Below are positions 11,046 through 20,352 of a stretch of DNA of 64,000 nucleotides, in pieces; positions within the stretch are counted from its first letter, which is position 1, and the number at the start of each line of letters is the position of its first letter. The stretch comes from Candidatus Bathyarchaeota archaeon (lineage in GTDB: Archaea > Thermoproteota > Bathyarchaeia > Bathyarchaeales > Bathycorpusculaceae). Both the position numbers and the translations under genes were made by a program. The stretch is from assembly GCA_963768425.1 (NCBI GenBank), contig CAVYHV010000029.1, forward strand, positions 34,013-98,012. Reading direction: 5' to 3'. A model generated the notes under the pieces. That model was given only the letters and a program-made list of their open reading frames with translations. It had not been told where the DNA came from and did not search any database.

Positions 11046-11716
11046 TTGAATTGCATTTCATTCCATAAACTCTTGAAAAACAAGTACGCTCTTAGTACTG
11101 TCGTAACGACGCTCATTATCCTAGTAATTTCCGTGCTGCTGGCTAGCGTAGTCACTTATTTCGCCATAAACGTAGTTAGCACGAGGGTTCAAGAAGAAAG
11201 TCTTTCGCTAAGCGATGCTCACATATGGCTCAACCCATTGGCTGCCGCAGGGCTGCCACCTATTCTCAGGCTTCACTTAAGGTCATTAATACTGGTGGTA
11301 GAGATGTGGTCATCACTAAGATAGCTGTCAGAGGTCAAGACAACGCATGGACTTCATGGGCAACGGGTCCTTTAGATAGTCAATTCTTGGTCTATTCAAT
11401 AACTAATCAGCCTATACAAACTGACATGTACTTCCAGCCTACTATGGCAATTCCAGTAGCTGATCCAGCCACAGCCGTTACACCCGCGACACAACAGTTC
11501 CTTCTGACAGGTGGCACGGCAACTGGCAATAACGGATTTGTCTTCAATTATGCTACAACTGACTTAGTTCTCAAATCAGGCTATACACTGCTAGTTTACA
11601 TAATGAATCCTGACAGCATCACTATAAACGACATCGGCTTAACCGTTAGCATAACGCTCTACACAGCGCAGGCAATGTACTATCAAGAATGCAACGTCCA
11701 AGCCTACACAGCATAA
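11046..11716 (+). CDS. Major pilin-like protein 2 (missing G at ~11250)
   Basis: Near-identical to pilin 1; gcagggct vs gcaggggct; GGAGGTGA RBS before TTG 11046. Confidence 0.8.
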
Positions 11717-11861
11717 TTATCCAATTAAAGTCCAAGATGCTAACACAGGGTTATTTTTAAAACCCTAAATTTTGTTTCTTTTTTGTTTATGTGTTTTTTT
11801 TGTGACGCACAAGTTTACTTATCTTGATTTTGCTGAATAGTTTTTCAAAGTGAAATGTAAA

Positions 11862-12431
11862 ATGAGAATGAAGAATATACTGAAGAATCGTTTGGCTTTA
11901 AGTACAGTCGTTACTACTTTGATTATTCTAGTGGTTTCGGTGCTGCTCGCAGGTGTCGTTACTTACTTTGCTATCAACGTTACTAGCACTCGAGTTCAAG
12001 AAGAAAGCCTACAACTAACAAAACTACACGTATGGTATGATTCAGCTGCTCCCAGAGGTCAAGCTGCATTTCTGATAATGAACACTGGAGGCCGAGATGT
12101 CGTAATAAATAAAATTACGATACGTGGACAACAAGCAACCTGGGGTAACGTCTATTATGGCGTATCGGCAACTTACACAGTCAGCGCCGACCTGGCATAC
12201 ATAAATTCCGCCACTCCCGCATCTGCCCTCGCAGTGGATGGCACTACAGGTCACAACGTCGCATTAACAGCAGCTACAGGAGACATAACTTTGCAATCAG
12301 GCGCTAGCATGGTTGTTTACATCGCAGGCCTAGACAGCGTAACTATTAACGACATAGGCTTAACTGTTGGAATTACCGTGTTCACTTCGCAAGCGATGTA
12401 CTATCAAGAAGCCAACGTACAAGCAGCATGA
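11862..12431 (+). CDS. Major pilin-like protein 3 (intact)
   Basis: KNRLA|LSTVVTTLIILVVSVLLAGVV, MNTGGRDVVI, conserved C-terminus. Confidence 0.85.
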   Translation: MRMKNILKNRLALSTVVTTLIILVVSVLLAGVVTYFAINVTSTRVQEESLQLTKLHVWYDSAAPRGQAAFLIMNTGGRDVVINKITIRGQQATWGNVYYGVSATYTVSADLAYINSATPASALAVDGTTGHNVALTAATGDITLQSGASMVVYIAGLDSVTINDIGLTVGITVFTSQAMYYQEANVQAA

Positions 12432-12468
12432 TAAATTGAACAAGGCAACAAATATTTAACTCATAAGA

Positions 12469-12507
12469 CCCCACCCAAAACCCCCCACTATCTCTTCTTT
12501 TTCTTTT
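12469..12507 (+). terminator. C-tract + T-rich terminator-like sequence after pilin 3 (similar at 13452-13486)
   Basis: ccccacccaaaacccccc...tcttctttttctttt. Confidence 0.45.
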
Positions 12508-12819
12508 AAACTTAGATCTTTGATTACAAGAAATATTGCTACAATTAGCGTTAGTTTTTAAAATTTAATTTGCCAAAGCGAAAGCAAGTTTCAAGTTCAA
12601 GGAAACTAGAGCAGCATTTTTCTACAAAAGAATCAAAGAATGCGCTGAGCGCAGCCACAATTCTACTTCAGCTTTTTCTTTCTATCAATCAAAACCCGCT
12701 GGTAGCTAACAAGTGAATAGATACAAAAATCGGGGTTCCCTTTTTGCAATGTGTTTTTTTTGTTACGCACAAGTTTACTTATCCAAAGTTTGCTGTTTGT
12801 TTTTTTAGTGAAATGTAAA

Positions 12820-13418
12820 ATGAGAATGAAGAATATACTGAAGAATCGTTTGGCTTTAAGTACGGTCGTTACTACGCTGATTATTCTAGTGGTTTCGGTG
12901 CTGCTCGCAGGTGTCGTTACTTACTTTGCTATCAACGTTACCAGCACAAGGGTTCAAGAGGAAAGCTTATCGTTGGAAATGCTACACGTTTGGTGTCCGC
13001 AGTCTGCAAGCGCGACAACAGGTCAATATCCAGCTGAAGCAGCGTTTGTGATCATTAATACTGGCGGTCGAGACGTAGTTATAAACAAGATCACGGTTCG
13101 AGGACAAGAAGCACCCTGGGCTCAAGTCTATTCGGCAGTAGGCTCAGTAACATCAGACCTTACATACATAGCAGGAACAGATGCGACAACCAACAATGCA
13201 GTTGCAATTTTGACAACTGCCGATACTATTAATAACCGGTGATGACAATGGCTGTTGCTTCAGGTGATATTACGTTGAAATCAGGTGATAGCATGGTTGT
13301 TTACGTTGTAGGTCCAGATAGCATCACTATTAACGACATAGGCTTGACTGTTGGAATAACGGTGTTCACTTCGCAAGCGATGTACTATCAAGAAGCCAAC
13401 GTCCAAGCATACAGCTAA
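12820..13418 (+). CDS. Major pilin-like protein 4 (-1 indel at ~13237)
   Basis: N-terminus identical to pilin 3; after TGA 13240 the shifted frame gives MTMAVASGDITLKSG...QAMYYQEANVQAYS*. Confidence 0.8.
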
Positions 13419-13653
13419 ATAGCGTAGATTAAGTAATCTAAAAGTAATCTACCCCCACAACCCCCCAATCTTTCTTTTTTCTTTTCAATATAGCAAACTT
13501 TTGAGCAAACCTTCAATTTTTGTGCTTACTATAATCTTGATTTCTAATATGAAAATAATGTGTAGATTGTTAATACACACAAACCGCTTAATCGGTTTCC
13601 CATAGTTTTTATAGTAAATGCATGCTTACGAGGAGATGTAACTGACGGCAGAT

Positions 13654-14481
13654 TTGCATAGTCGATTGTTCAGACGGTTTGTTCGTTCCAAGAAAGCGTT
13701 AGCTTTGCCAGTTACATTTCTAATACTGTTGGTATCTACACTTGGCATTATTTCAGTTACTTATTATTTTTCAATTGAAAGAATCAATTCACAAAGCGAG
13801 GCTCTCAAAGTTTCCACAGCTCAACAGGACTTTTTATCTCTGGATAATGTTATTCTTTCCACTTTAGGCCAGCCTGGTTCTTCAGCGACGTTTGACTTGG
13901 CGGACTCAGGTGGATTAATAAACGTCCAGCCAACTAACGACACTCTAACAATCGACGTTAATGACAACTCTACCATCGACGCAACTGTCTTTAACGCCTC
14001 AGTAGGGCAAGTTTCCTATGATCTTCCATTTTCAGGTTCAATCGAAACAGGTCTTTACTTGGAAGGTGATAGCCAAACAATAACCAACCAAAGTGGCTCG
14101 TCACCAAGTCAACTTTTCCTAACAAATGGTGTTCAGGGACCTGTGATCCAGTTGCGATATCGGCCGACTGTGACATATGCGACTGCTGGATTCGAAAATG
14201 ATCACGCTGTCACTGACATTCGCATCTATTTAGTCAACCTGAACTCTTCAGATCCAATTGCGCTGCAAGGTGCGCTTCCCTTACAAATCTCTTGCGCGAG
14301 CACACAATTAACAACTGAAACCTACCAAGTTTCCAATCAATTTGAAAACTTGGAGATATCTTCACAACTGAACGGTGCTCAGGGATCAATTTCTGTCCCC
14401 ATCCAAAGCGGTCCTCAAGGCTCAATAATCAACATAGAAACTGTCATTTCTAACATATCAATTGAGAGGTGGATCTCTTAA
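13654..14481 (+). CDS. Minor pilin-like protein
   Basis: RSKKA|LALPVTFLILLV class III-like leader, beta-rich body. Confidence 0.7.
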   Translation: MHSRLFRRFVRSKKALALPVTFLILLVSTLGIISVTYYFSIERINSQSEALKVSTAQQDFLSLDNVILSTLGQPGSSATFDLADSGGLINVQPTNDTLTIDVNDNSTIDATVFNASVGQVSYDLPFSGSIETGLYLEGDSQTITNQSGSSPSQLFLTNGVQGPVIQLRYRPTVTYATAGFENDHAVTDIRIYLVNLNSSDPIALQGALPLQISCASTQLTTETYQVSNQFENLEISSQLNGAQGSISVPIQSGPQGSIINIETVISNISIERWIS

Positions 14482-14925
14482 ATGGTATCGATTATTCCAA
14501 GCTACGTGTACTCGCTGTTTGCAGCCCTCATCGTCGGCACAATTCTAGTTTCAAGCTGCAGCCTTTCAATGGTAAACTTGAAAAATGAAGCAGGAAATCA
14601 ACAATTATCCAATGTTGATGAATATGTTGCAGCCCAAAGCCTGACTCTCATAGGCCAGACTATCCAAGACAACCAGAATACCACTCAATTTCTGGATCTT
14701 CCTTCGCAAATTGGAAACCAAATTTACTGGGTATGCTTAACGAACGACTCGTTTAGTGCGTCGGTTGAATCCGGCTTCGGAACAACGGCCTCCTTGAATC
14801 AACCACAATTATACATACCAGCCGAAATCTCTGCATCAGGCATTTTCGTTAGCAGTTGGGGTAGGCCTCTGCTGCAATGTTGCTACCAAAACCAAACGAT
14901 TACATTAACATTAACTAGTGAGTGA
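14482..14925 (+). CDS. Pilus-associated membrane-anchored protein
   Basis: N-terminal TM, LDLPSQIGNQIY motif typical of archaeal minor pilin-like proteins; operonic. Confidence 0.6.
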   Translation: MVSIIPSYVYSLFAALIVGTILVSSCSLSMVNLKNEAGNQQLSNVDEYVAAQSLTLIGQTIQDNQNTTQFLDLPSQIGNQIYWVCLTNDSFSASVESGFGTTASLNQPQLYIPAEISASGIFVSSWGRPLLQCCYQNQTITLTLTSE

Positions 14926-16508
14926 TTGAATTGAAAATAGGAAAAAAGAAACAAGAAATCCAAGAAAAAGAAAAAACCTCAGACGAGGAAATGATTGCGT
15001 ACTTAGGAATTCAGGGGTATCAGGTACCTGAAGGCTACTCGCAAATCGAAAGTTACCCGCTCAATCCGCCGTTCTCCTACGCATGGGTATTCCAAGATGA
15101 TGCCGAAGGAAGCTTTTTCTACGTTGTTGACGAACTTCCCATGTCCCGAGAAGAAAGAGAATCATACAAGCGGCTTAAGAATATTCTTGAGTATGAGCTC
15201 AAAGCCCCAAGGCTGGATGAAACGCTCATTTCCTCATTTCACAGACAGCTTCCAACCATTCTTGATGAGCACCAAAAGGGTCTCGAAGATACCGATCAAG
15301 TAGGCCTGAGAAAAATCACTTATTATCTTGAAAAAGACTTAATCGGTTACGGAAAAATCGAAGGTCTCATAAACGATCCACTAATAGAAGATATAAGTTG
15401 TTTAGGGATAAACAAGTCTATCTATATTTATCACAGAAAATACGCTAACGCAAAAACCAACATTATCTTTACCGATGAGGAAGAACTAGATGATTTCATA
15501 ACTAGAATAGTACACCGACAGGGAAAACACGTAAGCATAGCGCACCCAATAGTAGACTTAACTCTTCCAGGAAAACACAGACTTGCTGTCTCATTCGGAA
15601 AAGAAACAACCCCTGCCGGAACAAGTTTTACAATAAGAAAATTCAAAGAAGATCCGTTAACAATCGTAGATCTCATTATCAATGAAACAATTGACGAATC
15701 AATCGCGGCGTATCTTTGGATGTTAATGGAAAACAAAATGTCAGTCATGATTGTAGGTCCAACAGGCGCAGGAAAAACAACCGCCTTAAACGCTATTGCA
15801 TGTCTGGTTAGGCCAGAACTCAAAATGATTTCAGTTGAAGAAGTTCAAGAAATTAACTTGCCGCAGGAAAACTGGGTGTCAACTATCGCAAGAACAGGAT
15901 TCGGTGGGGAAGGCGAAGGCGAGGTCACCCTTTTCGACCTGATCAAGTCAGCCGTCAGGCACCGACCCGCATTAATTCTTGTAGGCGAAATTAGAGGCGA
16001 AGAAGCATACGTTCTGTTCCAAGCTTTAGCAACAGGACACGGAGGCCTATGCACAATGCACGCCGACGATGTAGAAACTGTCATTAAACGACTAACACAA
16101 CCGCCCATGAACATTCCACAAAACATATTGTCGCTAATGAACTGCGTAATAGTGGTCAAACAAGTCAAAACAACAAACATTAACCCACACGAACGAAAAC
16201 TATCATCAAGAAAATTCGTAGAAATCGCTGAAATCGATAACAACGGTATTCCTCACGAAGTCTTCAATTGGAACATGTCTTCAGACTCTTTCCAACAAAA
16301 CCTAGATCAAAGCTACTTACTTTCAAAAATCGCAAAAAACCTCGATGCTCCATTAAGCGTTGTGCAGCAAGAGTTTGATCGAAGAAAACAAATTCTGCTC
16401 AAAATGGTTGACAAAAACCTCCGTGACTTCAGGAGTGTCCACAGAGCATTAAACAGTTCAATAAATCTCTTGGAATTAGCGGCCAAAGAAAAATCAAAGG
16501 AGCAATAA
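14922..16508 (+). CDS. Type II/IV secretion (VirB11/TadA/FlaI-family) assembly ATPase
   Basis: Walker A GPTGAGKTT, ILVGEIRGEEA, TGHGGLCTMHA. Confidence 0.95.
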   Translation: MIELKIGKKKQEIQEKEKTSDEEMIAYLGIQGYQVPEGYSQIESYPLNPPFSYAWVFQDDAEGSFFYVVDELPMSREERESYKRLKNILEYELKAPRLDETLISSFHRQLPTILDEHQKGLEDTDQVGLRKITYYLEKDLIGYGKIEGLINDPLIEDISCLGINKSIYIYHRKYANAKTNIIFTDEEELDDFITRIVHRQGKHVSIAHPIVDLTLPGKHRLAVSFGKETTPAGTSFTIRKFKEDPLTIVDLIINETIDESIAAYLWMLMENKMSVMIVGPTGAGKTTALNAIACLVRPELKMISVEEVQEINLPQENWVSTIARTGFGGEGEGEVTLFDLIKSAVRHRPALILVGEIRGEEAYVLFQALATGHGGLCTMHADDVETVIKRLTQPPMNIPQNILSLMNCVIVVKQVKTTNINPHERKLSSRKFVEIAEIDNNGIPHEVFNWNMSSDSFQQNLDQSYLLSKIAKNLDAPLSVVQQEFDRRKQILLKMVDKNLRDFRSVHRALNSSINLLELAAKEKSKEQ

Positions 16509-16510
16509 AA

Positions 16511-18025
16511 ATGGCTTCTGGAGGCTTCATAGGCAAAATATTCGGTAAACTAACTAAAGCTTCCAGCGAAGAGAAAGAAAAAACTGAACAAGAACTGCCT
16601 TTCGCCGTAATGATTTTTACTCTTTTGGCCGCAAGTGGAATATCTCCATATGACAGCTGGAAAAAAATGCGAAAGCTTTTCTTTCTTCCTCTATTCAAAA
16701 AGGAAGCAGATGAAGTCATACGTCAAGTTGAAGTATTAGGCAAAGACCCTCTAACCGTCATGCAACAGCGTTCAGAAACAACAACCTCAAAGTTATACAG
16801 AAATTTTCTGGGGGGCTTTGTTTCTTCGATTAGAAGCGGCGGACAAATGACTGATTACATGAAAAGCCAGTTGAAAGCGATCTTTGAACTGCGATACATC
16901 AACCTGAACCGATCGATTGAGAGAATAGCTACTTTGGTAGAAGCTTATTCAGTCATGTTAATCGTTGTGTTATGCTCCTACATCCTTTTTGTAGTCTTAG
17001 GATCAACAAATGCAGTCTCGCTTCTTTCAAGCAGCTTCGCTTCCAATTCGCCCACATTGTCTTACTTGGTAGCTTTTGTCATTATGCCTGTGATGTCATG
17101 CGTCTTCATTATGATGGCGCATAATCTGCAAAGGAGCGCTTTTCCTGATTTAAAAGATCTCTACAGAAAAGCCCTATTCTTTATCCCACCTGCATTCGCA
17201 GTAATAGCGCTCTTCGCAATGGTTCCTTCATTGTCACAGTTGATAAGCCCTATAGGATTACCTGCAATCACTACAATATGTTTGGTTGGAGCTTCGTTAC
17301 CAATGGCTATCCAATATTGGCACATCGCAAAAATCAACTACAACGCAGAAGAATCAATCCCTAGCTTCATAAGAGACGTAACTGAATCACAAAAAACGGG
17401 GCTTTCACCAGAAAAAAGCATAATACAAGCAACGAAACGCAAAGATTACGGCCCTTTCTCCAAGTTTTTAGACTTAATGCGAAGCCAAATAGAATGGGGA
17501 ATACCTTTAAGAAAAACTTTTGACAACATGCGTAAACAAATTCGAAGTTGGTTTGTAACAATTAACTTTTCTATGATGGTGGAAACAATTGAAATCGGCG
17601 GCAACTCAATTCAATCGTTAGAGATACTTTCCGAATATAGCGAAAAGGAACGCGAATTACAACTTAATCGAAGGGAACTTTTGAAACCTTACATTCTTCT
17701 TGCTTTGATGTGGAGCGCATTGATCGCCGTTACTACCACAATAGTAGCTTTAACCACTAACTTAACCACCGGTATGATGACAACAATTGACGGCACAGAC
17801 CTCGGGTCAGTGGCTGCAACGTCTATGCAGGGTCAGATGGGCATGTTCTCTGTAGGCATTATTATTCAATGCTGGATCTCAGGTTTCTTCATCGGAAAAA
17901 TAAGCGAAGGCAACTTAGGTGCTGGTTTCAAACACGCAGCATTGCTGGCTTTAACAGCATATGTATCTTTGGTCGTCTCTCAATTCCTTCTAGCTGGTCT
18001 TTTTGGGGGACTAAAGTTCAGTTAA
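16511..18025 (+). CDS. TadC/FlaJ-like membrane platform protein (two T2SSF domains)
   Basis: ELPFA...ASG and IPSFIRDVTE..TG repeats separated by TM helices; follows ATPase. Confidence 0.9.
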   Translation: MASGGFIGKIFGKLTKASSEEKEKTEQELPFAVMIFTLLAASGISPYDSWKKMRKLFFLPLFKKEADEVIRQVEVLGKDPLTVMQQRSETTTSKLYRNFLGGFVSSIRSGGQMTDYMKSQLKAIFELRYINLNRSIERIATLVEAYSVMLIVVLCSYILFVVLGSTNAVSLLSSSFASNSPTLSYLVAFVIMPVMSCVFIMMAHNLQRSAFPDLKDLYRKALFFIPPAFAVIALFAMVPSLSQLISPIGLPAITTICLVGASLPMAIQYWHIAKINYNAEESIPSFIRDVTESQKTGLSPEKSIIQATKRKDYGPFSKFLDLMRSQIEWGIPLRKTFDNMRKQIRSWFVTINFSMMVETIEIGGNSIQSLEILSEYSEKERELQLNRRELLKPYILLALMWSALIAVTTTIVALTTNLTTGMMTTIDGTDLGSVAATSMQGQMGMFSVGIIIQCWISGFFIGKISEGNLGAGFKHAALLALTAYVSLVVSQFLLAGLFGGLKFS

Positions 18026-18040
18026 AGGAGAAACAATGCG

Positions 18041-19084
18041 TTGCCTTCAACCGCCATCGACACTTTTTTTGCATGTACCATCATTGTAGCTGCAGCTTTA
18101 ATTTCGACCGCTTTTCTATGCTCAACATTGCAAACCAGCATGAACGGCACTCAAAACATCAACAAAGACAGTTACCTACAAGCCATAGCCAACGGAATCA
18201 TAGCAAATCCTGGAGCCCCCATTGACTGGGGATCCAACAAAGGCGTTCCTGTTGACTTTGGTCTAGCATCCAATTCTTCGATACTTCCTTATGAACTAGA
18301 CATAGATAAAATCTCTCGACTAAACAACCTAAACAACTACTCATTAAGCTATCCTGATATGGCCATTGCGGCTAAACTAAACAATATTGCTTTAGGCATA
18401 ACAGTCTCTCAGGTTATGAACATAGACATTGAAAAATCAAGCACAACCACAGTAGGCAATGACGAATCTTTTGTCTTCACGATTTTAACAAGTATCGATT
18501 CTGAACCCAATAGTGCAAGCATAAACTGCTATGTGGTAGCAAATAGTTACCTAAGCAACATAACCAGTAACACCTCAGACGTTGGGGTCGGTCAAGTTAC
18601 TATTCAAATCCCAACCAATTCAACAAGCAATGCAATGCTTGTAGTGTTCGCGAGGGCAAACTTTGACGATAGAATAACATCATATGCCGTTTACAACTTC
18701 GATTCAAATCAGGAATCAGCACCAAGCGACAATATTCTAACTCTAACCCCCCTTAACTACACGTTAAGCTACTTAACAAATTCAACAGATTTAACACTCC
18801 AACATGGCTACGTTTTCACTTACGCGCATCAGGATAATCTTGCCTCCGTGCAAGGTACAACTCAGTACCAAATTCCGATGCAAATCGACAAAAGTCCCTT
18901 TGTATTAGTGCTCTGCGGTTTCAACAACGATACCTACTTTCAAGAATGGACTTCTTACCCTCAAATCCCATTGAAAGCAGGTTCAAACTTTGAAGATTCG
19001 GAACAAAACGTCTTCAGCTATATTGTTACAATAAACAATGTGCTCTATAAAGTCAACATAAGCTTTGGAGATGTTGTTTCCTGA
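18041..19084 (+). CDS. Pilus-associated membrane-anchored protein
   Basis: N-terminal TM, NPGAPIDWG...FGLA motif, many sequons. Confidence 0.65.
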   Translation: MPSTAIDTFFACTIIVAAALISTAFLCSTLQTSMNGTQNINKDSYLQAIANGIIANPGAPIDWGSNKGVPVDFGLASNSSILPYELDIDKISRLNNLNNYSLSYPDMAIAAKLNNIALGITVSQVMNIDIEKSSTTTVGNDESFVFTILTSIDSEPNSASINCYVVANSYLSNITSNTSDVGVGQVTIQIPTNSTSNAMLVVFARANFDDRITSYAVYNFDSNQESAPSDNILTLTPLNYTLSYLTNSTDLTLQHGYVFTYAHQDNLASVQGTTQYQIPMQIDKSPFVLVLCGFNNDTYFQEWTSYPQIPLKAGSNFEDSEQNVFSYIVTINNVLYKVNISFGDVVS

Positions 19085-19509
19085 GGCTGCTAAAAAATAA
19101 GAAAGGACAAGTTCGAATAATTGAAGCATTTTTGGCCTCAGTCTTGTTGATGTCATGCCTGACTCTCATTCCTGCATCGCCAAACGTCCAGAATTCCTCG
19201 GGAAATCTTGCTTCAACAGCCCAAAATGTTTTGTTAAGTTTAGATGGCAACGGGCACTTGACAGCCTTGGTTGACAGCAAAAACTGGGCAGAGCTTAGAG
19301 ATTGTCTGGCGTCTGCTCTTCCGCTTACAGTATGGTTTAACTTAACAGTTTTCGACCAAAACATGCGTATCATAAACGCTTTTCCAATCTGCAACGCAGG
19401 CACTTTGAGTGATAAAATTGTTTCAGTAAACTATGTTTGCGCAAGCCAAAACAGTACATATGCAATCTACATCCTGAGGCTGCAACTTTCAGAGGAAGGA
19501 ATAACATGA
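19081..19509 (+). CDS. Minor pilin; frame extends 5' of listed ORF to LRLLKNKKG|QVRIIEAFLA
   Basis: Canonical KG|Q class III site only present if start is ~19081 (CTG) or an indel is assumed. Confidence 0.7.
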   Translation: MRLLKNKKGQVRIIEAFLASVLLMSCLTLIPASPNVQNSSGNLASTAQNVLLSLDGNGHLTALVDSKNWAELRDCLASALPLTVWFNLTVFDQNMRIINAFPICNAGTLSDKIVSVNYVCASQNSTYAIYILRLQLSEEGIT

Positions 19510-20285
19510 AAAGGCGCAGCCTAAAGCACAACAAATCAGGCCAAGTAATAATAATCACCGCTTTACTCGTAGCGTTGCTTTTACTATCCACCTCCATCTA
19601 TGTCATTGAAACCGAAAAAGAAGTACCACAAGCAGGGACCAACGAAAACACCGTTTTCTCGGCATACAAGCAAAGCACAATAAACACCGTGATAAGTGCA
19701 TTAGCAAACGCAACTAATGGCGGCGACTCCAGCGTTTTGACCAATGACCTAAACGAATTGAAATCGACCATCTCTTCTAATTCATACCAAGCCATTGTCC
19801 AAATGGATTATAATACGCTGGACGAAGCTCCCTACCAAAATGGCATTTGGATTTCTTGGGGTACAGCTGGTCAAGGCATCTCAAGCGCTTGTGTCAATTT
19901 GGCATTTAAAAGCTTAGGGTTTTCAACAACTTCTAACGTGGAATATAATGTAAACATAACGACGGCGGCAGATTTGAGCGGAAAGTGTTTCCAACCTAAA
20001 AGCAACTTAACTCAAGTAACATTAACAATCAACATATTCAACGAAGGTAAACCAGCTTTAGCTCAAAACTTAACCTTTTACTTTGAATGTAACCCTTCCT
20101 GGATAACTCCAAATTGGGTAAAAGTGAACGCGCCAAGCATAACAAACTTCGGAAATGGAACATATCTGGTTTCTTTTACGACTGAACCAAATCCTTTGAA
20201 CGACCCTGTTCTTGTCTCTATGCTTTGCCAAGATCAACGCGGTATATATGTAGAAACAAACGTGACATGTACCAACACAGGATAA
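19506..20285 (+). CDS. Minor pilin
   Basis: KHNKSG|QVIIITALLVALLL; ATGA overlap with upstream gene. Confidence 0.75.
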   Translation: MKRRSLKHNKSGQVIIITALLVALLLLSTSIYVIETEKEVPQAGTNENTVFSAYKQSTINTVISALANATNGGDSSVLTNDLNELKSTISSNSYQAIVQMDYNTLDEAPYQNGIWISWGTAGQGISSACVNLAFKSLGFSTTSNVEYNVNITTAADLSGKCFQPKSNLTQVTLTINIFNEGKPALAQNLTFYFECNPSWITPNWVKVNAPSITNFGNGTYLVSFTTEPNPLNDPVLVSMLCQDQRGIYVETNVTCTNTG

Positions 20286-20352
20286 AAATTAAAAATGTTA
20301 AATCTAAACAAAAATGCCTTGCTCTGTTTGAAGAAAGGAGAAGCAGCAACGA

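Larger units (their letters stand above)
9788..11716 (+). repeat. ~1-kb tandem duplication (promoter + pilin gene): 9788-10688 and 10812-11716
   Basis: Shared upstream text ttgtctgtc..ggattg..cagtttatt..gtatt(g/a)aatctc(g/a)ctacagaagaca(c/t)ttata and near-identical CDS. Confidence 0.9.

Noticed and set aside
10010-11716. Diversity-generating retroelement TR/VR pair in pilins 1 and 2
   Set aside because: Differences include many C/T and G changes plus an indel, not adenine-specific; no reverse transcriptase in the window
15431-16243. Antisense/shadow ORFs in the track (here and over many other genes)
   Set aside because: Overlap well-supported genes on the other strand or frame and lack motifs
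10010-18025. Naming genes flaB/flaI/flaJ (canonical archaellum)
   Set aside because: No FlaH or FlaF/G and many minor pilins; family-level calls only
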